IMG/VR virus record: IMGVR_UViG_3300043473_000258
DNA length: 64,000 nucleotides
DNA from: an uncultured virus (IMG/VR IMGVR_UViG_3300043473_000258)
Lineage: Duplodnaviria; Heunggongvirae; Uroviricota; Caudoviricetes
Strand: one strand, 5' to 3'
Below, piece after piece: positions 1-7,669 of this stretch; the first letter of the stretch is position 1; the number at the start of each line of letters is the position of its first letter. The notes under the pieces are model-generated. The model saw only the letters and a program-made list of their open reading frames with translations. It made no database searches and had not been told where the DNA came from. Both the position numbers and the translations under genes were made by a program.

Positions 1-17
1 GGAGCCAAGGCCCCCAA

Positions 18-161
18 GTGAAACGCTTCCTGCCCCTCATCGTTGTCCTCCTCTGGAGCCTCGGCTGGTTTTTCATCGGCCGGGCCTCGGCCCTTTTCCA
101 GCGGCATTGCCCGCTGTGCGAGGCGCTCGAGCGGGAGAGCAAATGGGAGACGCCCAAGTGA
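18..161 (+). CDS. Small hypothetical membrane protein (47 aa, MKRFLPLIVVLLWSLGWFF...CPLC)
   Basis: Read manually. GTG start in a GTGA junction, hydrophobic N-terminus. Confidence 0.45.
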   Translation: MKRFLPLIVVLLWSLGWFFIGRASALFQRHCPLCEALERESKWETPK

Positions 162-255
162 GCTCCGATCCCAACCTCCCCGCCCAAGGCTGCGCCCGCA
201 TCGCCCTCTTCATCTTCGGCGTGCTCTTCCTAGTCGCCGTCATCATCTACGCAAC

Positions 256-450
256 ATGGCCGAGATAATCGAATGGCTCAAAACGATCGGGGGGCTCCTG
301 GTCGTCTTTATCGGCTTCGCGGCCGTGGGGGCCCTTGGCATCGAAATCTTCATTCTGTTTTCCGCAGGCCAGATGGGCTGGGGATTCCTTGCGCTGGCCG
401 GTTTCATTCTGGGCATCTTCTTCTGCTACCGCTACATTGCCCGCCCATGA
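256..450 (+). CDS. Small two-TM membrane protein
   Basis: MAEIIEWL... has two hydrophobic stretches; stop overlaps the next ATG (ATGA). Confidence 0.6.
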   Translation: MAEIIEWLKTIGGLLVVFIGFAAVGALGIEIFILFSAGQMGWGFLALAGFILGIFFCYRYIARP

Positions 451-794
451 ATCGCCGCAGCTTCCTCAAGCGCCTGCTTGGTGCCGCGGGCGCCGTCGTC
501 GCAGGCCCCGTCGCGCTCGAGCTGGCCAAGAAGGTCGCCCCCACTTTCGAGAGCGGCTTCATCATCCCCGCGGCCGAAGTCAAAGCCTACGTCGCCCCGC
601 CTGTCTACGACCTCTACTGCGGCTCCGAGATGGCCGAGGAGCTCATGCTGCGCACCCGCTGGTACTGGAACACTCTCGCTCTCAAGAACCTCACCCAAGC
701 CACAGCCAAACTAGCAGTCCAACCCTATGACAAGGTACGCAACAATCACTCGACTCCATGGCCCAAGCAGTTTCGGCTCGGCCGGTGGCGTTGA
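447..794 (+). CDS. Hypothetical protein with twin-arginine-like N-terminus
   Basis: MNRRSFLKRLLGAAGAVVAG matches the RRxFLK Tat consensus followed by a hydrophobic segment. Confidence 0.6.
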   Translation: MNRRSFLKRLLGAAGAVVAGPVALELAKKVAPTFESGFIIPAAEVKAYVAPPVYDLYCGSEMAEELMLRTRWYWNTLALKNLTQATAKLAVQPYDKVRNNHSTPWPKQFRLGRWR

Positions 795-1170
795 CATCAA
801 AGGCGATGACGGCAAAATCGCCTTTCTCGCTGGCTCCTCGTTTGTGCCCGGCACCGGCCGCGTGGCCGTGGGCGAGCGCGTGGAAATCCTCGACAACGGC
901 CGCCACTGGACCGTCATCGACGAGAGCCCGGCTGAAGTCTTCCACCCCGACTCCCATCCCGAGCCCCCACCCGTCTTCCAGCAAGGCCACATCGACGCCG
1001 CCCCACTCCGGCGCGTGCCGCGCATGAGCCAGCGTCACGAGCCCGAGCCCGTGCGCGTCGTCGGCGAGATGGAGATTCTGGGCGGGATCCTGGCGGCCCT
1101 CAACCGCTCCAACGAGCTGCAGGAAAAAATCCTGGCCGAGCTCAAGAATCAGGGCGTCAAAGCCCTCTAA
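727..1170 (+). CDS. Hypothetical protein
   Basis: 147-aa ORF with GC3-rich codons. Confidence 0.6.
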   Translation: MTRYATITRLHGPSSFGSAGGVDIKGDDGKIAFLAGSSFVPGTGRVAVGERVEILDNGRHWTVIDESPAEVFHPDSHPEPPPVFQQGHIDAAPLRRVPRMSQRHEPEPVRVVGEMEILGGILAALNRSNELQEKILAELKNQGVKAL

Positions 1171-1217
1171 TGTAGCTACCCCACGCTACAAACGTCAAAT
1201 GACGTTTTTACTCTGGT
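1168..1217. repeat. 50-bp inverted copy of the element at 10045-10094
   Basis: Reverse complement matches 10045-10094 at 46/50; contains the palindrome AAACGTCA-NN-TGACGTTT. Confidence 0.9.
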
Positions 1218-1238
1218 GATTTTCAAAAAAGCGGCCAA

Positions 1239-1394
1239 ATGATCGCCCTGAAACTGTTCGTTTGCATCGGTCTGACCGTCTCCATGGTGGGTGACTTTCA
1301 CTACGGCCAAAACACCAAGCTCAACGGCTTCGAAGTGGGGCTGCTTTTCCTCGATGCCGCGGTGAAAATCGCCGCCATCTGGCTCATCATGTGA
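1239..1394 (+). CDS. Small membrane protein (51 aa, MIALKLFVCIGL...)
   Basis: Read manually. Hydrophobic; stop overlaps the GTG of the next ORF. Confidence 0.5.
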   Translation: MIALKLFVCIGLTVSMVGDFHYGQNTKLNGFEVGLLFLDAAVKIAAIWLIM

Positions 1395-1636
1395 AGAAGT
1401 ACCCCTATCCCAAAGCCGTCGCCGGAGCCTGGGAGCCCATCGAGCGGCACTTAAAAATCGCGTGCTGCCACTGCGGGCTCTGCCACGACATCCGCTTCAA
1501 GGTGCTCAAGGGCAGACTCTGGTGGAAGGTCGAGCAGGATCCGCCCGCGACAAGGAAGAGCCGCAAGGCGAAGGTCTACGAGTGCCAGCCCGGCCGAAAG
1601 GGCCTAGACGCAAAAGCAAAGCGGGTGCGAAGTTAG
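1391..1636 (+). CDS. Small Cys/His (Zn-ribbon-like) protein
   Basis: IACCHCGLCH motif. Confidence 0.55.
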   Translation: MKKYPYPKAVAGAWEPIERHLKIACCHCGLCHDIRFKVLKGRLWWKVEQDPPATRKSRKAKVYECQPGRKGLDAKAKRVRS

Positions 1637-1639
1637 GGC

Positions 1640-1882
1640 ATGAACATCCTTGCCACGTCCTTACTCGCCGTCTGGACTCCCATGGGTCACGGCTTCCTCG
1701 GTGGAATCGTCGCCCTCATCGTTGCGGTCATCTGTCTGGCCCTCCTGCTGTACGTCATCAAGGCGTGCGCCGAGGCGCTGGGCTATCCCATCCCGCCTCC
1801 AATCTGGAAGCTACTGTGCCTGCTGGCGATCGTGATCGCCGTCATCTACGCGCTTGCCGCCTTCGGTGTCGGGGTTCCCTGA
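1640..1882 (+). CDS. Small two-TM membrane protein
   Basis: Highly hydrophobic; preceded by TAGACG-18-GAAGTT-5-ATG. Confidence 0.65.
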   Translation: MNILATSLLAVWTPMGHGFLGGIVALIVAVICLALLLYVIKACAEALGYPIPPPIWKLLCLLAIVIAVIYALAAFGVGVP

Positions 1883-2182
1883 GGCGCCCGGCTCGTAGGG
1901 CTGGATCGGATTGGGCTTTTCGCGCAGCACGATCGACCAGTTCGGCTCGATGAGGTTGCCCTCCTCATCGCGCATCTTCGGCATGATGAATGCCGAGATG
2001 AAAACTGCCCGCATGGATCCGGGCGGGTCATCGGGCATCGGGCTCCAGAGCACCTCGAGCACGCGCCGGACGAATTCCGGGGGAATGTTAATTTCGACGT
2101 CGCCCTTGTAGTGGCCCTCGGTCTCCGGGTGGGAGAAGACGAGCTTGCACGGCGCCTTGAAGTAGAAGTGTTCGAAGTTCAT
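1811..2182 (-). CDS. Hypothetical protein
   Basis: MNFEHFYF start coupled to the stop of 2179..2382. Confidence 0.55.
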   Translation of the reverse strand: MNFEHFYFKAPCKLVFSHPETEGHYKGDVEINIPPEFVRRVLEVLWSPMPDDPPGSMRAVFISAFIMPKMRDEEGNLIEPNWSIVLREKPNPIQPYEPGASGNPDTEGGKRVDDGDHDRQQAQ

Positions 2183-2382
2183 CCGTTGTAGGCGATGCGG
2201 GCTTTGAAGGTGGACAGGTCGATGCCTGGGGGAATTTTCGCCCGCCGCTTCCATCTTTCAAAGACTTCCGCGAACGTGCGCCCGCAGATGTACCACACTT
2301 TTCCGCCGCAATGGATCTCCCAACTGGGGACGCCGCGCAGGCTCTTGCGCAAGGATTCAAGCTCTTCGGCGGTCTTTATCAT
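2179..2382 (-). CDS. Hypothetical protein
   Basis: 67-aa ORF with 4-nt overlap onto the downstream gene. Confidence 0.5.
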   Translation of the reverse strand: MIKTAEELESLRKSLRGVPSWEIHCGGKVWYICGRTFAEVFERWKRRAKIPPGIDLSTFKARIAYNG

Positions 2383-2429
2383 GAAAAAGGAAAACCCGCC
2401 TTGACGTTTCCATCGCAGCGGGTTTTCAT

Positions 2430-2938
2430 AGGGTTTCGCAGGCCCAGATGCGGCAAAGCTGCACTACCCTGCGCTACCTTGCAATGAAATACTTCGGCAC
2501 ACTTCGGTACACGAGCTGACCCTTTCATGGGTCACCGGCCGACCCGACATACGGGGCCGAAAACTTCCCGAGGTCCACCCATCTCCGTTTCGCAGCCCCA
2601 GATGCCTCACCGGGGAGAGAAACCGTAGCCGGAATATCACCGGAGCGGGACGGACACGAAAACGCGGCAGGCGACCCACCCCTGCCGGACGACAGTCGTT
2701 ACGAAAAGGTTACGCGGAGCGGAAGCTCTTGGAGTTCCCTGTGTCCGGGCAAAGGCTCAAAACGACTGACTGAGGGCCACGGCGCCACCGCGAAAGCGCA
2801 CGCCGACCCTACGCTACGACTGGCTGACACCGGCAACGGGAAGGCGAGACTTTCCAGCGGACGTCCCTCTGGCCCCTCCGGGGGTCAGGGGGCGATCCCC
2901 GCCCGCCTGACTACGTTTCCGCCGGGTTGGCGGAGCCT
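2430..2938 (+). ncRNA. Candidate ~500-nt structured non-coding element (ncRNA or replication origin)
   Basis: No convincing ORF; many hairpins with GNRA loops, two crossing long-range helices and a 19-bp direct repeat. Confidence 0.4.
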
Positions 2939-2940
2939 TC

Positions 2941-3672
2941 CTAGATGGGCTCCGGGTACTTGTGGTCGAAGTGAGCCCGGAGCTGGACGAGCGTGAGGCC
3001 GGGTTTGGCGAAGAGGATGCCCTTGAGGGCCTCGCGAAAGACGCCGTAGTGCACGCCGCGCTTGCCCATGTCGCGCTCGAGCTGGTCGAGCTCGGCCTGG
3101 GTGGCCGGGTTGCCGGTCGAGAAACCCTTGGGCTCGAAAATCCCGGTGTAACCCGACTCGGTGGAGTGAACGAGGGCGGCGATGGCCCGCGCCTCGCCCA
3201 TCTTCTTGAGCTTGGCGAGCTGGAGCTTGCGGGCGGTCGGGGTGATGGGCGCCTTCTTTTCCTTGCGAGCCTGCTCCCACAAGAGCCAGGCATCCTCGAA
3301 ACGGGGGGAGGCAAAGGGCAGCTCGGCTTCGGCGACCGCGGCCCGGTAGGCGGCCATGCGGTTGCGATTCTCCTCCTGCTTGGCTGACCAGCGCATGGGG
3401 TTGAGAAACTGGTCGTGATCGAGGATGCGCCAGCCCACGCCGCGCCCGGCGCCCTGCAGGAAGGGCCGCTTCTGGTCCGCCAGCTTGAGGATGGCGTCAT
3501 TGACGGCCTCCCGTGACACCCCGGCCCGGACGGCGAGATTCTCCACGCTGCCAAAGCGCGAGACGCCGTCTTCGCCCATCCCAGCCAGCAGGGTTATCCA
3601 AACGAGCCGGGTCTCCATGTCCAGAAGCCAGGCGGGTGAATCGATAATGGTTCTAAGTACGTTTGTGTGCAT
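2941..3672 (-). CDS. Phage replication initiator / replisome-organiser-like protein
   Basis: N-terminal HTH-like segment (SVENLAVRAGVSREAVNDAILKL) and the C-terminal FEDAWLLWEQARKEKK...GYTGIF pattern seen in phage initiators. Confidence 0.55.
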   Translation of the reverse strand: MHTNVLRTIIDSPAWLLDMETRLVWITLLAGMGEDGVSRFGSVENLAVRAGVSREAVNDAILKLADQKRPFLQGAGRGVGWRILDHDQFLNPMRWSAKQEENRNRMAAYRAAVAEAELPFASPRFEDAWLLWEQARKEKKAPITPTARKLQLAKLKKMGEARAIAALVHSTESGYTGIFEPKGFSTGNPATQAELDQLERDMGKRGVHYGVFREALKGILFAKPGLTLVQLRAHFDHKYPEPI

Positions 3673-3760
3673 TTCCTGCTACTGTGCAAAAAATCTGCTA
3701 CAGGTCAACCTCGAAGACTTATAGCTTGCGTGTCATTTTAGTGGGTGGCACACTGACTGG

Positions 3761-4132
3761 ATGGATAATCAAGCCGCCAAGTCGCTTCACCCTCGCATCA
3801 GCATCAACCAGCTCCTCTGCGAGCTGCACACCCGCCTCAGTGAGCACGCCGACGAGCTGAACATGCTCGCCGACCACCTCCGCCCCATCCGAAACCTTCG
3901 CCGGGCCCAGGACCTCAACCACAAGGAGGAGCCCTTCGAAAACGCGAGCTACATCGAGGACATCATCGGAGAGGCCATCCGCCGAGTGAAGTCGGCCACC
4001 AACCGAGCCCGCGAGGTGCGCTGCGAGATTGCGCTCGAACCGTTGCCCGAGGAGTCGGTGCCCACGCCAGAGCGTGAGGTCACCTACGCCGTCCCACCTC
4101 CCACGGGCGTCTTCCGCCCAGGCCGCCCATGA
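3761..4132 (+). CDS. Hypothetical protein
   Basis: Preceded by TTGCGT-17-CACACT-6-ATG; divergent from the initiator gene. Confidence 0.65.
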   Translation: MDNQAAKSLHPRISINQLLCELHTRLSEHADELNMLADHLRPIRNLRRAQDLNHKEEPFENASYIEDIIGEAIRRVKSATNRAREVRCEIALEPLPEESVPTPEREVTYAVPPPTGVFRPGRP

Positions 4133-4322
4133 AGGAGGTCATCCCAGACAAAATCAACATCCACGGGGTCGAGATTTTTTCCCCGACTTCAACAAGAGCC
4201 CGAAGGACTGGATGAAGATTTACCTCGAGCGAATCTATCAGAAAAACTCGGCCATTGACCTCAAGTGGGCCGAGTTGGAAATAACCACCAAGCACAAGCA
4301 ATGGCTCAAGCAGCCGATATAA
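4129..4322 (+). pseudogene. Small gene split by a frameshift at a T6 run
   Basis: MKEVIPDKINIHGVEIF continues as FPDFNKSPKDW... only if one T is added at 4175-4180. Confidence 0.45.
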
Positions 4323-4522
4323 AGGACACGTACTCGTCCCTGGGCGAGGAGATTTCCCTCTCCAAACTCTGGGCCGCGAGCAAAGTCTCGCCCATGCTCG
4401 TCAACCAGCTCATTCAGGAATTCTACCAGCGCGTCGAAGCGCAGGGCGGATCCGCCCACCTCGCCGCGGTGGGACTGGATTTCGCGATGGTGGCGTGGCG
4501 CAAGGCGACCCGGCCGCAATGA
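4301..4522 (+). CDS. Hypothetical protein
   Basis: MAQAADIKD ORF; stop coupled to the next ATG. Confidence 0.5.
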   Translation: MAQAADIKDTYSSLGEEISLSKLWAASKVSPMLVNQLIQEFYQRVEAQGGSAHLAAVGLDFAMVAWRKATRPQ

Positions 4523-4959
4523 AAGAGCCCGTCTCCATTCCGCGCAATCCCAGCGAGGCTTTCAAAAAACTCAACCCCCAGCTCTACCATGGCCACGTTT
4601 CAAAAATGCCCCGCTCGTTCGAAGCCCTCCAAAAAGAAGGCAGTCCGCTCGAAGACCTCTTCGTATCACTTTGGCTGCGACTCGACGACGGGAATCACTA
4701 TCCGTTTTCTCGGGAATTCGAATTCAGCGGACATCGTCGTTTCAAATTCGACTTCGCGTGGCCATCTCGTCGTGTGGCAGTCGAAACCGATGGCGGCATC
4801 TTTCAAAAAGGACGGCACAATCGAGCTGCGGGCTTTGCTCGAGATTGCGAGAAAACAAATCTCGCGGTGCTTGAAGGGTGGGCAGTCTTTCGGCTATGCA
4901 CGGGCCAAGTTACCGAGCCCCGCGTCTGGCGAATCTTCGAATTCATAAAAGCGCGATGA
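4519..4959 (+). CDS. PD-(D/E)XK (DUF559/Vsr-like) endonuclease, possible resolvase
   Basis: REFEF..RRFKFDFAWP..VAVETDGG..GRH..DCEKTN..GWAVFR motif. Confidence 0.8.
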   Translation: MKEPVSIPRNPSEAFKKLNPQLYHGHVSKMPRSFEALQKEGSPLEDLFVSLWLRLDDGNHYPFSREFEFSGHRRFKFDFAWPSRRVAVETDGGIFQKGRHNRAAGFARDCEKTNLAVLEGWAVFRLCTGQVTEPRVWRIFEFIKAR

Positions 4960-5564
4960 TGAAATTCCTGAAGGAAATCATGGACTGGTGGTGGGACCGC
5001 CCGGCCACCGAGGAGAAGCACGATTACGTCGAGCCGCCCCGGCCGTTCAAGCAGGGCGACTGCGTGGCTCCCAGCCTTCAGAGCGAGCAGCTCGCCGTCA
5101 TCCAGCAGAAGTACGTGAGCGAAGAGGTCACGCGGCTGGACATCGTTCCCTACCGGCCGCCGACGCTCGACGAGGCGCTCGAAATCGTGAAGGAGCACTA
5201 CCACGTTCACGCCAAGGCCCGCGGGACTTTCGAGGGCGAGCATCGCGGCCGCGCATTCACGGCCGCGCCCAACGCATCCGACGCCGCGCACATGGCGCCA
5301 CCGGAGCTCAACGCCATCGTCGAGATGCTCAAAAAACGCTGGCAGCCCTTCATCCTCGTGGCCATTGACCGCAGCATGTACTCGGGCGCAGCCCACGGCT
5401 GGTGCAACGGCAGCAATTTCGGCCGCGACGTCATTCACGAAATCATGCGCTGCGCCGAGCTCAACTTCCGGCAGGAGCTGGCCAAGTGCGGCGAAGGCGG
5501 CAGCCGCTCCATGCCAATCTCGGGGGTCGACCGGCCCTTGCTGTATCCCCCGAATCGCCGATGA
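4956..5564 (+). CDS. Hypothetical protein
   Basis: ATGA-coupled at both ends; GC3-rich. Confidence 0.6.
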   Translation: MMKFLKEIMDWWWDRPATEEKHDYVEPPRPFKQGDCVAPSLQSEQLAVIQQKYVSEEVTRLDIVPYRPPTLDEALEIVKEHYHVHAKARGTFEGEHRGRAFTAAPNASDAAHMAPPELNAIVEMLKKRWQPFILVAIDRSMYSGAAHGWCNGSNFGRDVIHEIMRCAELNFRQELAKCGEGGSRSMPISGVDRPLLYPPNRR

Positions 5565-6337
5565 AAGCTCTCCCGAAACCTTCCATCCACGAAGACTTGG
5601 CCAGCGCCGACCGCGCTACTCAACTGGCTGCGACTCGGCGCCTGGCCGACCTCTCCGCCGAGTGGGGTCTTCCCATCATCCCCGAGCTGACCCAGGACGA
5701 CGTCAGCGCCGATGTGCTGCAGGAGGCCATCAGCGAGCAGGTCGACTACGTCGAGACCCGCGTGGCGACGATCGCCGCGGGCGGCAACATCAAGAAGTGG
5801 AAAAACCGGAACAAGATGGTGCTGCCGATTTTCTTCCACACGCCGATTGGCCGGGAGACCATCAAGCGGCTGGTCTTCGCCTCCCGCTTCCCGCGCCACG
5901 AGATTGCCCTCATCTGCGGGCTGCGCGAGGAGCAGCTCAACGCCTTCGTGCGGCTGCACGGCTGGGACAAGCAGGCCATCGCGCTCCAGCGGGCCCGCGA
6001 CCAGCACGAGTGGCGGCATCTGGTGAAGCACAAAATCACCGACGCAAAACTCAAGATGACCGAGGCCGTGCTCAAGGCGAGTACCACGATGAGCGAGCGC
6101 GAAGGGGAAATCATCCTGCGCGACCTGCCGCGGCTGCGGGCGCTGAACCTCATCGCCGACGAAATCATGCCGCCTGCGGTGGACGAGCTGGGCAACAAGG
6201 TCGTGCCCATTGAGGACGGCTGCACCGTGAACGTGGGCGTCGAAATCGTCAGCCACCAGAAGAAGAAATTTGATCCCGTGGAGGCGGCCAAGCTGGCCAA
6301 GGCTACGGAAATAGAGAACCCCGAACCTGAGGAATAA
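5561..6337 (+). CDS. Possible terminase small subunit / HTH protein
   Basis: EIALICGLREEQLNAFVRLHGWDK is HTH-like, followed by a helical region; lies upstream of the head genes. Confidence 0.4.
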   Translation: MKALPKPSIHEDLASADRATQLAATRRLADLSAEWGLPIIPELTQDDVSADVLQEAISEQVDYVETRVATIAAGGNIKKWKNRNKMVLPIFFHTPIGRETIKRLVFASRFPRHEIALICGLREEQLNAFVRLHGWDKQAIALQRARDQHEWRHLVKHKITDAKLKMTEAVLKASTTMSEREGEIILRDLPRLRALNLIADEIMPPAVDELGNKVVPIEDGCTVNVGVEIVSHQKKKFDPVEAAKLAKATEIENPEPEE

Positions 6338-6343
6338 ACCACC

Positions 6344-7654
6344 ATGGGAGTAGTCCATCCAAAAATGCCCAACAGCGGCGAGTACGTCGCGTTGGATCCA
6401 GCAGACCAGAGCAGCGCCGTTCGCGCTTTCCATCGTCCCCCCGGCACCGGAGGCCAGGCACGCGTCCTGGGCCAGCGCCCGGCTCACCAGATGCAAACGA
6501 CCCAGAGCCAACCCGCGCAGCGCGACTTCGCCCGGCGCCTTTGTCTTGCCCTATGGCACGGCGGGGGCTGGTGGCAGGAAACGATCGAGATGTTCGAGCA
6601 GTTTTACTCTTTCGACGGATTGCAGGATCGGAGCGCCTACATTCTGGCGACCGCCATGCACCCGATTCCCGAGCAGGTGTTGGCTGCCGCCCGCCGAGCG
6701 TTTGTAGACGTCAGGGTCATCGAGACCAACTACTTCAACGCGGCGGACGGCATCATTACACCCTTCGCACTCTACGAGTTTGCCGGTCTCATCCCGCAGA
6801 AGTTCGGCCACAAAAGCCGCATCCTTTTCACGATGCCCATTCGGGTTGTCGGGCCCAACGCGCTCATCCGCCTGGAGCAGGAAGCGCACACGGCGAATCC
6901 CGCCCGCGGCAAGGACAACAAGCAGCAGGGCAAGTGCATCCTCGGCGCCGTGCGCGGCGAGGGCCAGAACAAGATGCCCTTCTCGACGTTTGTCGCCCTG
7001 CCGACGTGGACCCGCGAGCCGGAATTCCCGCTCACCAAAGGACTGAGCAAACAGCCCATCCAGAACATCGACCAGGCGCCGATGCGCTTCATGCGCTTCG
7101 AGATGATGAAGCACATGCAAATCAGCCCGCTCATCAACCCGGACCCGGAGACGATGCCCAGCGACCCGCGCTGGGTCCTGCTCGAGGGGCGCCCGTTCGG
7201 CGACCGCTTCCCGCAGTACGAGGCCGAGGTTGAGCAGTACGAGCCGCCCCTGGGGATGCCGGTCGCGGAGCTGCCGGAGGTCGTGCCATTCCAGCCGGAC
7301 CCGAATGCCCCGCCGCCGCCGCACTTGCCGTCCGAGCTGGTCGTGACCGGCGTGTCGCACGTCGTCCCGCCGACGATGGAAATGGAGGTCGTGCCGCTCG
7401 AGCTGCCCGGCGATCTGGAGCTGGAGAGCCGCATCGCGCTCGAAGGCTTGGGCTGGTTGAAGGACTATCGTTGTCCGACCACGACCGCGCAGCTCAAGCT
7501 CATCCACAATTCGGAAACCGCCCGCATTCGGCGGATGGCCGAGGCGGAGAACGTGGGCGAGGTCGCGCCCGAGCCGCCGAAGGCCGCGGCACCAGTGAAA
7601 GCGAAGAAAGCGGCCAAGCCCAAGAAAGCACCCTTGTCGGTTCCAGCAGCGTAG
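6344..7654 (+). CDS. Hypothetical protein (436 aa, Pro-rich linker, basic tail)
   Basis: Long GC3-rich ORF; no family recognised. Confidence 0.7.
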   Translation: MGVVHPKMPNSGEYVALDPADQSSAVRAFHRPPGTGGQARVLGQRPAHQMQTTQSQPAQRDFARRLCLALWHGGGWWQETIEMFEQFYSFDGLQDRSAYILATAMHPIPEQVLAAARRAFVDVRVIETNYFNAADGIITPFALYEFAGLIPQKFGHKSRILFTMPIRVVGPNALIRLEQEAHTANPARGKDNKQQGKCILGAVRGEGQNKMPFSTFVALPTWTREPEFPLTKGLSKQPIQNIDQAPMRFMRFEMMKHMQISPLINPDPETMPSDPRWVLLEGRPFGDRFPQYEAEVEQYEPPLGMPVAELPEVVPFQPDPNAPPPPHLPSELVVTGVSHVVPPTMEMEVVPLELPGDLELESRIALEGLGWLKDYRCPTTTAQLKLIHNSETARIRRMAEAENVGEVAPEPPKAAAPVKAKKAAKPKKAPLSVPAA

Positions 7655-7669
7655 CGCAGACTGACAGGA

